Below the pieces are notes generated by a model, which was not told the DNA's origin, made no database searches, and worked only from the letters and a program-made list of their open reading frames with translations. A stretch of 64,000 bases of DNA from an uncultured Clostridium sp. (GTDB lineage Bacteria > Bacillota > Clostridia > TANB77 > CAG-508). This document shows, one piece after another, positions 42,226-51,720 of the stretch. The position numbers were made by a program, and so were the translations under genes. The DNA is taken from NCBI GenBank assembly GCA_946411515.1, contig CAMKEH010000003.1, forward strand, positions 47,572 to 111,571, in the 5' to 3' direction. The first letter of the stretch is position 1. The number at the start of each line of letters is the position of its first letter.

Positions 42226-43218
42226 TTATCTTTTCCCCATCATTTTTAATATCAAATATCTTATATTAAATATTCCTTTTACAATTAATGGCATATTCAT
42301 TATCATAAAATTTTCTATATAATATTTAAAAGTTTCATTTTTATATAGTTTATGAAAAGTTGTCCATCCTTTAAAATTAAAATTCCTTTTATTTTGAAGC
42401 ATTTTATAATAGTCTAATGCTTCTGTATTCTGTTTTTGTAAATCAGTAGGGAACTTCTCATTATTTTCGACATAAGTTCCAAATACTCCTAATTTTACAT
42501 TTATAAAATGTTCTCTTACTTGTTCTAATTTTTTAAATCCATGTGAGATTTTTTCAGTTCCTACTTGATTATTTCCGTGTTGCCTATACTTTATATATTT
42601 TTCAGGCATATATGCTAATTTTCCATTTAAACTAGTCATTAATCCAATCCAATAATCATGAATTAAATACTTTGAATTTGTAGGTAATGGAAGTATTTTT
42701 TCTATTGTTTCCCTTTTAGCTAGTACTGTGCATCCAGTAACACAATTATATAGATAATTAACTTTATAATCGTCTATATATTTGTTTATTTTTCTGGATA
42801 GCAACATATAGTCATTAAATGATTTATATAGTGTGTTTAGATTTTCATCCACAACTTCCAAATCACCAAAAACTAAATCTGCATTATTACTTTTTAAAGT
42901 TTCTAATGATTTTTCAGTTTTTTCTGGCAACCATACATCATCCTGGTCTGCAAGCATATAATATGGAGATTCTACCTTCCCTAATAAAAACTCTATATTT
43001 TTTACAACACCTAGATTTTTTTCTTGATAATAAACTTTTATTCTTTTCTCTTTATTTTTATATTCTTCTAATATTTTTCCTGTACCATCTTTTGAACAGT
43101 CGTCTGATACAATTAATCTGATATTCTTATATGTTTGATTTAGTATGCTGTCAATTTGTTCCCTTAAATATTTTTCCCCATTATATGTTGCAAGTAAAAT
43201 ATCTATTTGTCCTTCCAT
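42226..43218 (-). CDS. glycosyltransferase family 2 (rhamnosyltransferase-like)
   Basis: ILLATYNGEKYLREQIDS, SDDCSKD and ADQDD motifs. Confidence 0.7.
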   Translation of the reverse strand: MEGQIDILLATYNGEKYLREQIDSILNQTYKNIRLIVSDDCSKDGTGKILEEYKNKEKRIKVYYQEKNLGVVKNIEFLLGKVESPYYMLADQDDVWLPEKTEKSLETLKSNNADLVFGDLEVVDENLNTLYKSFNDYMLLSRKINKYIDDYKVNYLYNCVTGCTVLAKRETIEKILPLPTNSKYLIHDYWIGLMTSLNGKLAYMPEKYIKYRQHGNNQVGTEKISHGFKKLEQVREHFINVKLGVFGTYVENNEKFPTDLQKQNTEALDYYKMLQNKRNFNFKGWTTFHKLYKNETFKYYIENFMIMNMPLIVKGIFNIRYLILKMMGKR

Positions 43219-43320
43219 TTTTTACTATCATTCCTTTTTAAATTCAAAATGCTTAGATAATAATTATTATCGCAATTGTTTTCAAACTCTTACCTACATT
43301 TTGTTTTATAAATCTTCTAT

Positions 43321-43349
43321 ATTCTATCGTTAATTTATAATTTTGTCAA
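43321..43349 (-). promoter_or_regulatory. promoter of the downstream glycan operon (starts with GT2 42226-43218)
   Basis: Minus strand TTGACA-17 nt-TAGAAT, directly after the terminator at 43373-43398. Confidence 0.5.
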
Positions 43350-43372
43350 TGCTATTTAGAGCTTAAATCCGT

Positions 43373-43398
43373 AAAAAAAGCTCGATTTTTCTCGAGCT
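43373..43398 (-). terminator. intrinsic terminator after GT2 gene 43404-44384
   Basis: Minus strand AGCTCGAGAAAAATCGAGCTTTTTTTAC. Confidence 0.7.
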
Positions 43399-43403
43399 AT
43401 CTC

Positions 43404-44384
43404 CTATTTAATAAAAATTAAGTATCCTATTATAGGAAAATGGAAAATTATTAATTCCTTAATCATCTTTTTAAATAGATTTTTTCCGCCTAAAATTCTA
43501 AAAAACTTAATAATATGAAAATTAATATATTTAGACTTCTTAATATTATTATAATAATCTATTATCTTATTCAAGAATATTTTATCTTCATCTTTTTTTG
43601 CATAATCTAAGCACATCTTTGCACCATTCAAATAAGCTTTATCTATAACATTTTCTTTTCTGTATTTCAAATATGATTTATATGATTTACCATTTTTTTC
43701 TTTCCACTTATTTAAATTCTGAGATAGAGTTCTGCCACCAAATACGTTGGTATTATGAAGTCTATATCCAAATAGTGGTTCTTCTATATACGTCATTCCA
43801 TTATTTTCGTTTGCAATAAATGCTGCAAGCCAATCATGTGCCATTACATTATCTGTAAAAGGTATCATCTTTTCTTTTACACTTTTTGTAAATATCTGCG
43901 AACATCCTATACCAACACATCTAGAAATTGCTAATTTACTGTTTCCATTAATAAGTGGTACATTTTTATACTTAAAATAATTTTCTTTAATTATTTTTCC
44001 TTCTTCATCTATTTGTTGTGCATTGCAATATACTAAATCTACTTTTTCTTCAATTAGCTTCTTTAAGGTTTTTTCTACTTTATCTTCATACCAAATATCA
44101 TCATGATCTGCGAACATAATATAGTTTGCTGCTGTTTGTTTTAATAAAAACTCAAAATTTCTTATATAACCTAAATTTTCTTCTTGAAAATATACTTTTA
44201 TTCTTTCATCCTGTCTTTCATATTCTTTTAAAATATCTTGTACTTCTTTTTTACTTGAATTATCATCACTTATTAGCAATGAAATATTTTTATATGTCTG
44301 ACTTACTATACTGTCTATTTGTTTTTTTAAATATGCTATATCTGTATTATACGTTGTCATTATAATATCTACTTTTTCTTCCAT
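43404..44384 (-). CDS. glycosyltransferase family 2 (rhamnosyltransferase-like)
   Basis: IIMTTYNTDIAYLKKQIDS, SDDNS and ADHDD motifs. Start set to the ATG at 44384, which follows an AAGGGAAGGAAG RBS. Confidence 0.7.
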   Translation of the reverse strand: MEEKVDIIMTTYNTDIAYLKKQIDSIVSQTYKNISLLISDDNSSKKEVQDILKEYERQDERIKVYFQEENLGYIRNFEFLLKQTAANYIMFADHDDIWYEDKVEKTLKKLIEEKVDLVYCNAQQIDEEGKIIKENYFKYKNVPLINGNSKLAISRCVGIGCSQIFTKSVKEKMIPFTDNVMAHDWLAAFIANENNGMTYIEEPLFGYRLHNTNVFGGRTLSQNLNKWKEKNGKSYKSYLKYRKENVIDKAYLNGAKMCLDYAKKDEDKIFLNKIIDYYNNIKKSKYINFHIIKFFRILGGKNLFKKMIKELIIFHFPIIGYLIFIK

Positions 44385-44480
44385 TTCTTCCTTCCCTTTT
44401 ATACACATTAAATATAATTTTATTCTAACATTTATTTTTATTATAATCAAGCATTAAAAGATTTATATGTTTTATATAAA

Positions 44481-44506
44481 ACAAAAAGAAAGAGTATTCC
44501 TCTTTC
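44481..44506 (-). terminator. intrinsic terminator after rpmA
   Basis: Minus strand GAAAGAGGAATACTCTTTCTTTTTGTTTT. Confidence 0.7.
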
Positions 44507-44515
44507 CTTCATTTA

Positions 44516-44776
44516 TTATCCTTCTTGTGGATAAACACTTACTTGTTTTTTATCTCTACCTTTTCTTTCAAATTTAACTGTTCCATCTACTAATGCATAT
44601 AGTGTATCATCACTACCTTTTCCAACATTAGTTCCAGGATGTACTTTTGTTCCTCTTTGTCTTATTAGGATATTTCCTGCTAAAACAAATTGTCCGTCAG
44701 CTCTTTTTACACCAAGTCTTTTTGACTCACTCTCTCTACCGTTATGAGAGCTACCTTGACCTTTCTTATGAGCCAT
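44516..44776 (-). CDS. rpmA: 50S ribosomal protein L27
   Basis: [24 protein letters not shown]. Starts directly at the mature N-terminus. Confidence 0.9.
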   Translation of the reverse strand: MAHKKGQGSSHNGRESESKRLGVKRADGQFVLAGNILIRQRGTKVHPGTNVGKGSDDTLYALVDGTVKFERKGRDKKQVSVYPQEG

Positions 44777-44840
44777 ACTTCTCAACTCCTTTCGGTTTTG
44801 CTTTATTTATCTCTTTTCTTAAAATCTTATACTTTTTAAA

Positions 44841-45272
44841 TTATGCTTCTACTTTTTTTGTAGTTTTCTTTGCTGCTGTTGTTTTTGTTTCTGCCTTTTT
44901 TGTAGTTGTAGTTTTACTTTCTGTTGTTTCAGTTTTCTTTGCTGTTTCGGCTTTTTTAGCAGCTGTTTTAATTCCTGTAATTTCTACTTTTGTATATGGT
45001 TGTCTATGTCCTTGTTTTCTTCTATAATTCTTTTTAGGTTTCATTTTGAAAACAATGATTTTCTTACCTTTACCATGAGAAACTACTTTTCCTTCAACCT
45101 TTACATCTTTAACATAAGGATTTCCTACTTGTACTTTTCCATCTTCAGATACTAATATTACTTTATCAAAAGTAACTTTTTTACCTTCTTCTGCATCTAA
45201 TTTTTCAAAAAATACAACATCTCCTTGTGCTACTTTGTATTGTTTTCCACAGCTTTCAATTATTGCGTACAT
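44841..45272 (-). CDS. rplU: 50S ribosomal protein L21 with Lys/Thr/Ala-rich C-terminal tail
   Basis: [18 protein letters not shown]...[13 protein letters not shown] core followed by a ~40 aa low-complexity tail. Confidence 0.9.
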   Translation of the reverse strand: MYAIIESCGKQYKVAQGDVVFFEKLDAEEGKKVTFDKVILVSEDGKVQVGNPYVKDVKVEGKVVSHGKGKKIIVFKMKPKKNYRRKQGHRQPYTKVEITGIKTAAKKAETAKKTETTESKTTTTKKAETKTTAAKKTTKKVEA

Positions 45273-45294
45273 TTTAAATGCACCTCCCTTATTT

Positions 45295-45365
45295 GTATAC
45301 TCGCTAATCCTTAAATAAAGGTAATTAAACTAAAGTTAATCTTTTTGAACCTTGATTAAGCGGAT
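45295..45365 (-). promoter_or_regulatory. structured rplU leader (possible L21-leader-type autoregulatory hairpin)
   Basis: Long imperfect hairpin TAATCC-CTTAA-AAGGT...ACCTT-TTAAG-GATTA lying between the promoter and the RBS. Confidence 0.3.
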
Positions 45366-45376
45366 TACAGTTTTCA

Positions 45377-45405
45377 ATTTTACCATAATTCTACATATTT
45401 GTCAA
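45377..45405 (-). promoter_or_regulatory. promoter of rplU-rpmA
   Basis: Minus strand TTGACA-17 nt-TAAAAT with TGG just upstream of the -10 box. Leaves a ~98-nt leader. Confidence 0.55.
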
Positions 45406-45969
45406 TTGTTTTTTCAAATTTTCTAATGCCCTTTTTCGATGACTTATTTTGTTTTTTTCTTCTTTTCCAAGTTCTGCATAAGTTTTACCACTTTCCACTT
45501 CAAATAATGGATCAAATCCAAACCCATCATTTCCTCTAGGTTCATTTGTTATAATCCCTACAGTTTCTCCTTTGCCAACTATAATGTTTTCTCCATCATA
45601 ATATGTAATTACACATACAAATCTTGCTGTCCTTTGATTTTTTTCTAAATTCTTCATTCTTTCTAATATAGCATTATTTCTTTCTTCTTGTGTGGCATTT
45701 TCTCCTAAAAATCTTGCACTATAAACTCCGGGCCATCCATTAAATTCATCTATACAAAGTCCACTATCATCAGCTATACACGGCATACCTGTTACTTTAT
45801 ATATTTCTCTTGCTTTCTTTAATGAATTTGCTTCAAAGGTATCGGCGTCTTCGTCTACTTCTATATTACAATTTATATCATTTAAAGTCAGTAGATCATA
45901 TTCACTTAATATTTGCTTAATTTCTTCTATTTTTCCTTTATTATTTGTTGCAACAACTATTCTTTTCAT
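45391..45969 (-). CDS. rdgB: dITP/XTP pyrophosphatase (Ham1/RdgB)
   Basis: VATNNKGKIEE, DSGLCIDEFNGWPGVYSAR and GFGFDP motifs. Confidence 0.85.
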   Translation of the reverse strand: MKRIVVATNNKGKIEEIKQILSEYDLLTLNDINCNIEVDEDADTFEANSLKKAREIYKVTGMPCIADDSGLCIDEFNGWPGVYSARFLGENATQEERNNAILERMKNLEKNQRTARFVCVITYYDGENIIVGKGETVGIITNEPRGNDGFGFDPLFEVESGKTYAELGKEEKNKISHRKRALENLKKQLTNM

Positions 45970-46094
45970 ATATTTTTCTATCTCCATATATAATATTAGC
46001 CTTTACCATTTTTATCAAGCTAAAAATATCAATTAGCTTATTGTTTTTCAATAGCAAATAAATGGATTTTCATAAAATAATAACCTTAATATAA

Positions 46095-48509
46095 TTATTT
46101 TACAACTATATTAACTAATCTTTTAGGTACCACTATTTCTTTTACAATAGTCTTTCCTTCTATTTTTGTTTTTACATTATCTATTTGTTTTGCTGCAGTT
46201 TTCATTTCTTCTTCTGTAAATGACGTAGGTACTTCAAGTTTTCCTCTTAATACACCATTTACTTGTACAACCATTTCATATGTGTCATCTATTAATTTAG
46301 ATTTATCATATGTTGGCCATGGCTCATATGCAATAGTTTCTTTATTATCAAATACCTCACTCCATATTTCTTCTGTAATATGCGGTACTATTGGATTTAA
46401 TAGTTTAACGAAATTCTTTGCATATTCAAGATTCCATGAATCTTCTTTATAAACGCTATTTACAAATATCATCATTTGAGCAATTGCAGTATTGAAATTT
46501 AATGTTTCATAATCTTCAGTTACCTTTTTTACTGTTTGATTATATACTTTATCTAAATTTGGATTATCTTTATATTCTCTTTGTTCTTCATGATATAATC
46601 TCCAAACACGATCTAAGAATTTCTTTATACCTCTAACTGCTTCATCATTCCATGGCTTATCAGCTTCAAGTGGTCCCATAAACATTTCATACATTCTAAG
46701 TGTGTCTGCTCCATATTTTTTTACAATATCATCAGGATTTACAACATATTTAGGGAAACGTTTACCCATTTTTATTCCATTTGATCCTAATATCATACCT
46801 TGATGAACTAATTTTTTAAATGGTTCTTTAACACCAACTAATCCTTTTTCATATAAGTATGTATTCCACATTCTTGCATATAGTAAGTGGCCAACAGCAT
46901 GTTCAGGACCACCAATATATAAATCGACTGGCATCCAATGTTCAACTAATTTTGGATCAGCAAACATTTTATCATTATTTGGATCTATATATCTTAAGAA
47001 ATACCAACTTGATCCAGCAGAACCTGGCATTGTTGATGTTTCCCTAACACCTTTTATTCCATCAATCTCAACATTTTTCCATTCAGAAGCATTTTCCAAT
47101 GGCGCTTGACCATTTTTACCTTTATAATCATCCATTTCTGGCAATATTAAAGGTAATTCATCATCAGCTAAAGTTATATCTCTTCCATCTTCTAAGTGAA
47201 CAATTGGTATTGGTTCACCCCAATATCTTTGACGTGCAAAAATCCATTCTCTTATATGATAATTATTAGTCTTTTTCCCACACCCCATTTTAACAAGTTT
47301 GTCAGTAATTGCTTCTTTTGCCTCTTCTACAGTTAATCCTGTAAATTCTTCACTATTGATCAATTTACATTCATTATTTAGATAATCTCGCTTTTCGAAA
47401 GCACATTTAGTAGTATCTCTACCATCTATTACTTGAATCATAGGTATATTGTATTTTTGAGCATATTCATAATCTCTTTGATCATGACTTGGAACAGCCA
47501 TAACCGCACCTGTTCCATATCCAGCTAAAACAAAATCGCCTAAAAATATTGGTACTTCTTTTCCATTAACTGGATTAATTGCAAATATTCCCTCTAATTT
47601 AACTCCACTTTTTGTTTTGTTTAGTTCTATTCTGTCAAAATCTGATTTTTTTGCAGTTTCTTCTCTATATTTAAGTACATCATCCCAGTTGTTTATTCTA
47701 TCTTTTAATTTATCTACCAATTCATTTTCTGGAGCAAGTACCATAAAAGTAATACCATATATAGTTTCTATACATGTTGTAAATATTGAGAATTTTCCAC
47801 CACCTTTAATTTCAAATTCAACTTCTACTCCTTCAGATTTACCAATCCAATTTCTTTGTATTTCTTTTGTTGATTCTGGCCAATCAATTTCATCTAATCC
47901 TTTTAATAACTTTTCAGCATAAGCAGGCATATCTATAATCCATTGTTTCATATATTTACGAACTACTGGATATCCTCCTCTTTCGCTTTTTCCATTTATA
48001 ACCTCATCATTTGCTAAAACAGTACCTAATTCCTCACACCAATTAACTGGCATACTTATTTGTCTAGCCAAACCGTCTTCATATAGTTTTTTAAATATCC
48101 ACTGTGTCCATTTATAATATTTTGGATCACTAGTTGATATTACTCTATCCCAATCATAAGAAAAACCTAATCTTGTTAATTGCCCTTGGAATGTTTCAAT
48201 ATTTTTTTGTGTAAACACAGCAGGATGGTTACCTGTTTGTATTGCATATTGTTCGGCAGGAAGTCCAAAAGAATCATATCCTATTGGGTGAAGAACATTA
48301 TATCCTTGCATTCTTTTCATACGTGAAACTATATCTGTCGCCGTATATCCTTCAGGATGTCCTGCGTGTAATCCAACACCAGAAGGATATGGAAACATAT
48401 CAAGCGCATAATACTTAGGCTTTGAAAAATCCCATACATCCACTTTGAATGTTTTATTTTCTTTCCAATAATTTTGCCATTTCTTTTCTATTTCTACATA
48501 ATCATACAT
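46095..48509 (-). CDS. leuS: leucine--tRNA ligase
   Basis: 804 aa with PYPSGVGLHAGH (HIGH) and KMGKR (KMSKS) motifs and a CP1 editing domain. Confidence 0.95.
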   Translation of the reverse strand: MYDYVEIEKKWQNYWKENKTFKVDVWDFSKPKYYALDMFPYPSGVGLHAGHPEGYTATDIVSRMKRMQGYNVLHPIGYDSFGLPAEQYAIQTGNHPAVFTQKNIETFQGQLTRLGFSYDWDRVISTSDPKYYKWTQWIFKKLYEDGLARQISMPVNWCEELGTVLANDEVINGKSERGGYPVVRKYMKQWIIDMPAYAEKLLKGLDEIDWPESTKEIQRNWIGKSEGVEVEFEIKGGGKFSIFTTCIETIYGITFMVLAPENELVDKLKDRINNWDDVLKYREETAKKSDFDRIELNKTKSGVKLEGIFAINPVNGKEVPIFLGDFVLAGYGTGAVMAVPSHDQRDYEYAQKYNIPMIQVIDGRDTTKCAFEKRDYLNNECKLINSEEFTGLTVEEAKEAITDKLVKMGCGKKTNNYHIREWIFARQRYWGEPIPIVHLEDGRDITLADDELPLILPEMDDYKGKNGQAPLENASEWKNVEIDGIKGVRETSTMPGSAGSSWYFLRYIDPNNDKMFADPKLVEHWMPVDLYIGGPEHAVGHLLYARMWNTYLYEKGLVGVKEPFKKLVHQGMILGSNGIKMGKRFPKYVVNPDDIVKKYGADTLRMYEMFMGPLEADKPWNDEAVRGIKKFLDRVWRLYHEEQREYKDNPNLDKVYNQTVKKVTEDYETLNFNTAIAQMMIFVNSVYKEDSWNLEYAKNFVKLLNPIVPHITEEIWSEVFDNKETIAYEPWPTYDKSKLIDDTYEMVVQVNGVLRGKLEVPTSFTEEEMKTAAKQIDNVKTKIEGKTIVKEIVVPKRLVNIVVK

Positions 48510-48624
48510 TTCATTTTCTCCTTTATTAATTACTAATTCAAAAATTAAAATTTATTTAACAATTTCTTTTTTAGTATATTCTTCATTAAAGCATCAACTA
48601 TTTCCTTAGGAATTGTTATAAAGT

Positions 48625-48653
48625 ATTATAACAACAAAAATCATTCTTGTAAA
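48625..48653 (-). promoter_or_regulatory. possible leuS promoter
   Basis: Minus strand TTTACA-17 nt-TATAAT, ~115 nt upstream of the leuS ATG. Overlaps an AT-rich hairpin. Confidence 0.35.
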
Positions 48654-49077
48654 TAGAAAAGGAATGATTTTTTGTTATAGAAAAATAACTCGTTATATAA
48701 GTTAAATTTTGAAATAATATATTTAACAATATGTAATAAACAATAAATATCAAATAACGAATCAGAAAACATTTAAAATTTATACTGTATTACTTTTAAT
48801 CTATCTCGAACGTAATTGTTGATATGATCAGATTATCCTCTTTTGTTATATATTTTTGTGTAGTGCTAATGAAGTAGTTGTTTATAACTTTTGTCTTTCA
48901 TGACAATTGATATAAAATCAATTTATAAATAAATCAGCATATAATTATATAAACATTAAATACTTTGTTTTATGGTGATACGAAATTTAAAAATAGAATT
49001 GATAAAATACTTCAAAATTATTATCAACTTTTATGGCAGTAGATAAACCACTTGATGAATAATTCATAAAACAATTA

Positions 49078-49348
49078 TAAAAAAGTAACGGCGGCCATCA
49101 TATTTGATAGTCGCCGTTTTGCTGCATTAAAAAATTTTAATAACAGCAGGAGGTGGGAGAACGAATTAATTTCCGTGTTCTACACATTGTCTCAGTTCCT
49201 TTCTGCGCCGATGTCATTTTACTTCTTCTGCATAGAAGAACTCATCGGAGAACGAATATATCGTGTCATGAGATTTACTACCTCCATATTTAATTTATAA
49301 TTCCAACTACTGACCAGTTGGATTTTCAAGTATTTTAACTTGAAAACT
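49078..49348 (-). ncRNA. candidate structured small RNA (~270 nt), family not recognised
   Basis: Consensus sigma-70 promoter upstream. Perfect hairpins TTTTCAAGT/ACTTGAAAA and TCCAACT/AGTTGGA. GC-enriched core closed by GGAGGT...ACCTCC, with nested CCGATG/CATCGG and TTCTTCT/AGAAGAA stems. Ends in an intrinsic terminator. No ORF of 60 aa or more. Confidence 0.5.
49081..49118 (-). terminator. intrinsic terminator ending the candidate sRNA
   Basis: Minus strand AACGGCGACTATCAAATATGATGGCCGCCGTTACTTTTTTAT: GC-rich 7-bp stem plus a U-run. Confidence 0.6.
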
Positions 49349-49354
49349 AATATT

Positions 49355-49383
49355 ATTATATCATAATATTATGTAAATGTCAA
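49355..49383 (-). promoter_or_regulatory. consensus sigma-70 promoter for the candidate sRNA
   Basis: Minus strand TTGACA-17 nt-TATAAT (plus-strand tgtcaa at 49378-49383, attata at 49355-49360). Confidence 0.65.
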
Positions 49384-49698
49384 TTTTTAAATTAAATTTT
49401 ATATGTTCTCAAACAATCTTCTAAGTCAGGCAAATTTATCTTTTATATAGGTTATTTATATAAACATCATTAGAATAATTAAACACTAGAAGCGTAATGT
49501 TTTTTATAATTACTCTATGAGGCTCAATGTAGGAAAGCTTTGTTTTAGACTTTCTTTAAATTGTAATTTTTCTTTAACTATGTGCATTTCAAACACCATC
49601 CCTTCATTTAAATTTAGGATGTTTTTTTCACAAAAGAAAAAAAACAACCATCTCTGATTGATTTCATATCTATCTGTTAGTTCGAACAGATACGTCGT

Positions 49699-49786
49699 TG
49701 GTGCAGATGGCCGGAATCGAACCGGCACGGTTTATTCAACCGCAGGATTTTAAGTCCTGTGCGTCTACCAGTTCCGCCACATCTGC
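49699..49786 (-). tRNA. tRNA-Leu (anticodon UAA), class II with long variable arm, CCA encoded
   Basis: Minus strand reads GCAGATGTGGCGGAACTGGTAGACGCACAGGACTTAAAATCCTGCGGTTGAATAAACCGTGCCGGTTCGATTCCGGCCATCTGCACCA. It folds as a cloverleaf with GTTCGATTC T-loop and CTTAAAA anticodon loop. Confidence 0.9.
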
Positions 49787-49919
49787 ATTTATATATGAAC
49801 TGGCTATCTATTTACGACAATTGCTATTATAATATGAAGATTTAATTTTGTCAATACAATTTTTTAAAAAAATAAAATTTTAAAATCGCACTAGGATAAT
49901 ACTTCCTAATGCGATATTT

Positions 49920-50483
49920 TTAATTGCTTGTTCCAGTACCATCAAATGGTATAAATTTATTTACAACACTTTCTGGTGCTATATCTTCCGCTCTAAACAT
50001 TTTATAAGATGTATTTATTTTATTATCTACTAATTGTTCTACTTCTTCTTGACTTGCATGTTCTGCTAATACTAATTCACTAACTAGTATTTGTTTAGCA
50101 TTATTTAGCATTTTCTTTTCTCCTGTCGAAAGACCTTTTTCTTTTTGCTTAAAGCTTAAGTTTCTTACTACATCAGCAATTTCATAGATATCTCCACTCT
50201 TCATTTTATCCATATTGTCTCTATATCTCTTGTTCCAATTTTTATCCATTTCGGTTTCATCTTGTTCTAAAACACCTATTACTTTATCTGCTGAGCTTTT
50301 ATCTATAATATTTCTTACACCTATTTCCTCTGCCTTAGCAGTTGGTACCATTACCTTAACTTCTCCTGGCATTTTTAATATGTAATAAGATTGTTTCTCT
50401 CCTAAAATATCTTTTTCCTCTATTGAATCTATTATTCCAGCCCCGTGCATTGGGTATACAATTTTGTCTCCTACATTAAACAT
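49920..50483 (-). CDS. carD: CarD-family transcription regulator
   Basis: MFNVGDKIVYPMHGAGII is the CarD_CdnL_TRCF N-terminal domain. Start set to ATG 50483, which follows GGAAGGAG. Confidence 0.8.
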   Translation of the reverse strand: MFNVGDKIVYPMHGAGIIDSIEEKDILGEKQSYYILKMPGEVKVMVPTAKAEEIGVRNIIDKSSADKVIGVLEQDETEMDKNWNKRYRDNMDKMKSGDIYEIADVVRNLSFKQKEKGLSTGEKKMLNNAKQILVSELVLAEHASQEEVEQLVDNKINTSYKMFRAEDIAPESVVNKFIPFDGTGTSN

Positions 50484-50722
50484 GTAAGTCAACTCCTTCC
50501 AGTATTTTTTATTTTGGCGAAAAAAGATAATAAAGTTATGTAAAATTTACTTTAAATAACTTTATTGGATTTTTTAACCATATTTATTATACTACAAAAA
50601 AAGGTAAAAGTCAAAGCCCTTACCTCTATTTTTTTATGTATATTTTGTTTGTTTACGTTGATACTCTAAGGAAAATTTTTCTAAAAAATTTTTTAAAAGT
50701 TTTTTCTGTATATTTTTTATGT

Positions 50723-51184
50723 TTATTTATTTGTAGACCCAAAACCACCTTCTCTTACTCCTTCTGCAACATCATCATCAGTTATTAAATATTTTTGAAA
50801 TATAGCTTGTCCTATTGCTTCTCCTTTTTTTATTTCTACATCTTCATCTTTTATATTGTAAAAAGCAAACATTATATGCCCATCATTATCTGGATTTCCA
50901 TAATAATCTTTATCTACTACTCCTACACTATTTGCTAATATTAATCCTTTTTTCTTTGGGTTTGAACTTCTATTATATAAATATAAAACTTCATCATCTT
51001 GCATATAAGCTTTTATCCCTGTTTTTATCAATGTTGGATTCATTCCTTTCTTAAAACTTGGAACAACTGTATCTTCTGCAGCTTCCACATCATATCCTGC
51101 TGAATATTTTGTTTTTCTAACTGGTAAATTAATACCTTTATCTTCAAATCCTTTTGCCACTTCAAAACCTCTTATTTTTTCCAT
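50723..51184 (-). CDS. dut: dUTP diphosphatase
   Basis: SAGYDV, GVVDKDYYG and C-terminal GGFGSTNK motifs. Start set to ATG 51184. Confidence 0.85.
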   Translation of the reverse strand: MEKIRGFEVAKGFEDKGINLPVRKTKYSAGYDVEAAEDTVVPSFKKGMNPTLIKTGIKAYMQDDEVLYLYNRSSNPKKKGLILANSVGVVDKDYYGNPDNDGHIMFAFYNIKDEDVEIKKGEAIGQAIFQKYLITDDDVAEGVREGGFGSTNK

Positions 51185-51355
51185 ATTTATTCCTTCTTTC
51201 ATTATTTTTTGTTATTTTTTCATAATTAGTTAAAAAAGTCAATAGTAAATTTTCTTCATTTTTAGATTATTTTTTATTAATTTTTATATAATACTATTCT
51301 TTTAATGATTTTTGTTCTATAATAAATAAAAAATAAATATTAAAATTATGAAAGG

Positions 51356-51709
51356 GTGATTTATTTGACTAATAGTTTAGATTTTTTAGATAAAATTGTT
51401 GAAGTAAAAATTGATAGACCTCTTGGAAGTAAACATTCTGAAAAATATCCAAAACATATATATCCTATTAATTATGGATATGTTCCAAATACAATAAGTG
51501 GTGATGGAAAAGAATTAGATTGCTATATTTTAGGAGTATTTGAACCTATTGAATATTTCAAAGGAAAATGTATTGCAATTATTCGTAGAAAAAATGATAA
51601 TGATGATAAATTAATTGTTGTTCCTGAAGACAAAACTTATACTAATGAACAAATAATAGCTTTAACAGAATTTCAAGAAAGATTTTTTGAAAGTGAAATA
51701 CTAAGATAA
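51356..51709 (+). CDS. short inorganic-diphosphatase-like protein
   Basis: 117 aa. GDGKELDCYILG resembles the DGDPLD core of family I pyrophosphatases. Start is uncertain (GTG 51356 or TTG 51365). Confidence 0.4.
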   Translation: MIYLTNSLDFLDKIVEVKIDRPLGSKHSEKYPKHIYPINYGYVPNTISGDGKELDCYILGVFEPIEYFKGKCIAIIRRKNDNDDKLIVVPEDKTYTNEQIIALTEFQERFFESEILR

Positions 51710-51720
51710 AGATGGAATTT

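Noticed and set aside
44647-45027. 126-aa plus-strand ORF antisense to rpmA and rplU
   Set aside because: It is a shadow ORF opposite two highly conserved ribosomal protein genes.
49149-49300. Small plus-strand ORF (about 29-41 codons) after AGGAGG inside the structured RNA region
   Set aside because: The spacing from the RBS-like sequence to any start codon is 20 nt or more, and no good plus-strand promoter is present. The AGGAGG is better explained as one arm of the GGAGGT/ACCTCC helix.
48510-49350. T-box riboswitch upstream of leuS
   Set aside because: I searched both the sRNA-like element and the AT-rich spacer for the T-box 14-mer, Stem I motifs and an antiterminator, and found none. 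An AGUAAAUCUCA segment could mimic a Leu CUC specifier, but the surrounding architecture does not fit. Left as an unclassified RNA.
49510-49728. 72-aa minus-strand ORF (MPVRFRPSAPTT...)
   Set aside because: It overlaps the 3' half of tRNA-Leu and has no RBS. It is an artefact of the GC-rich tRNA sequence.
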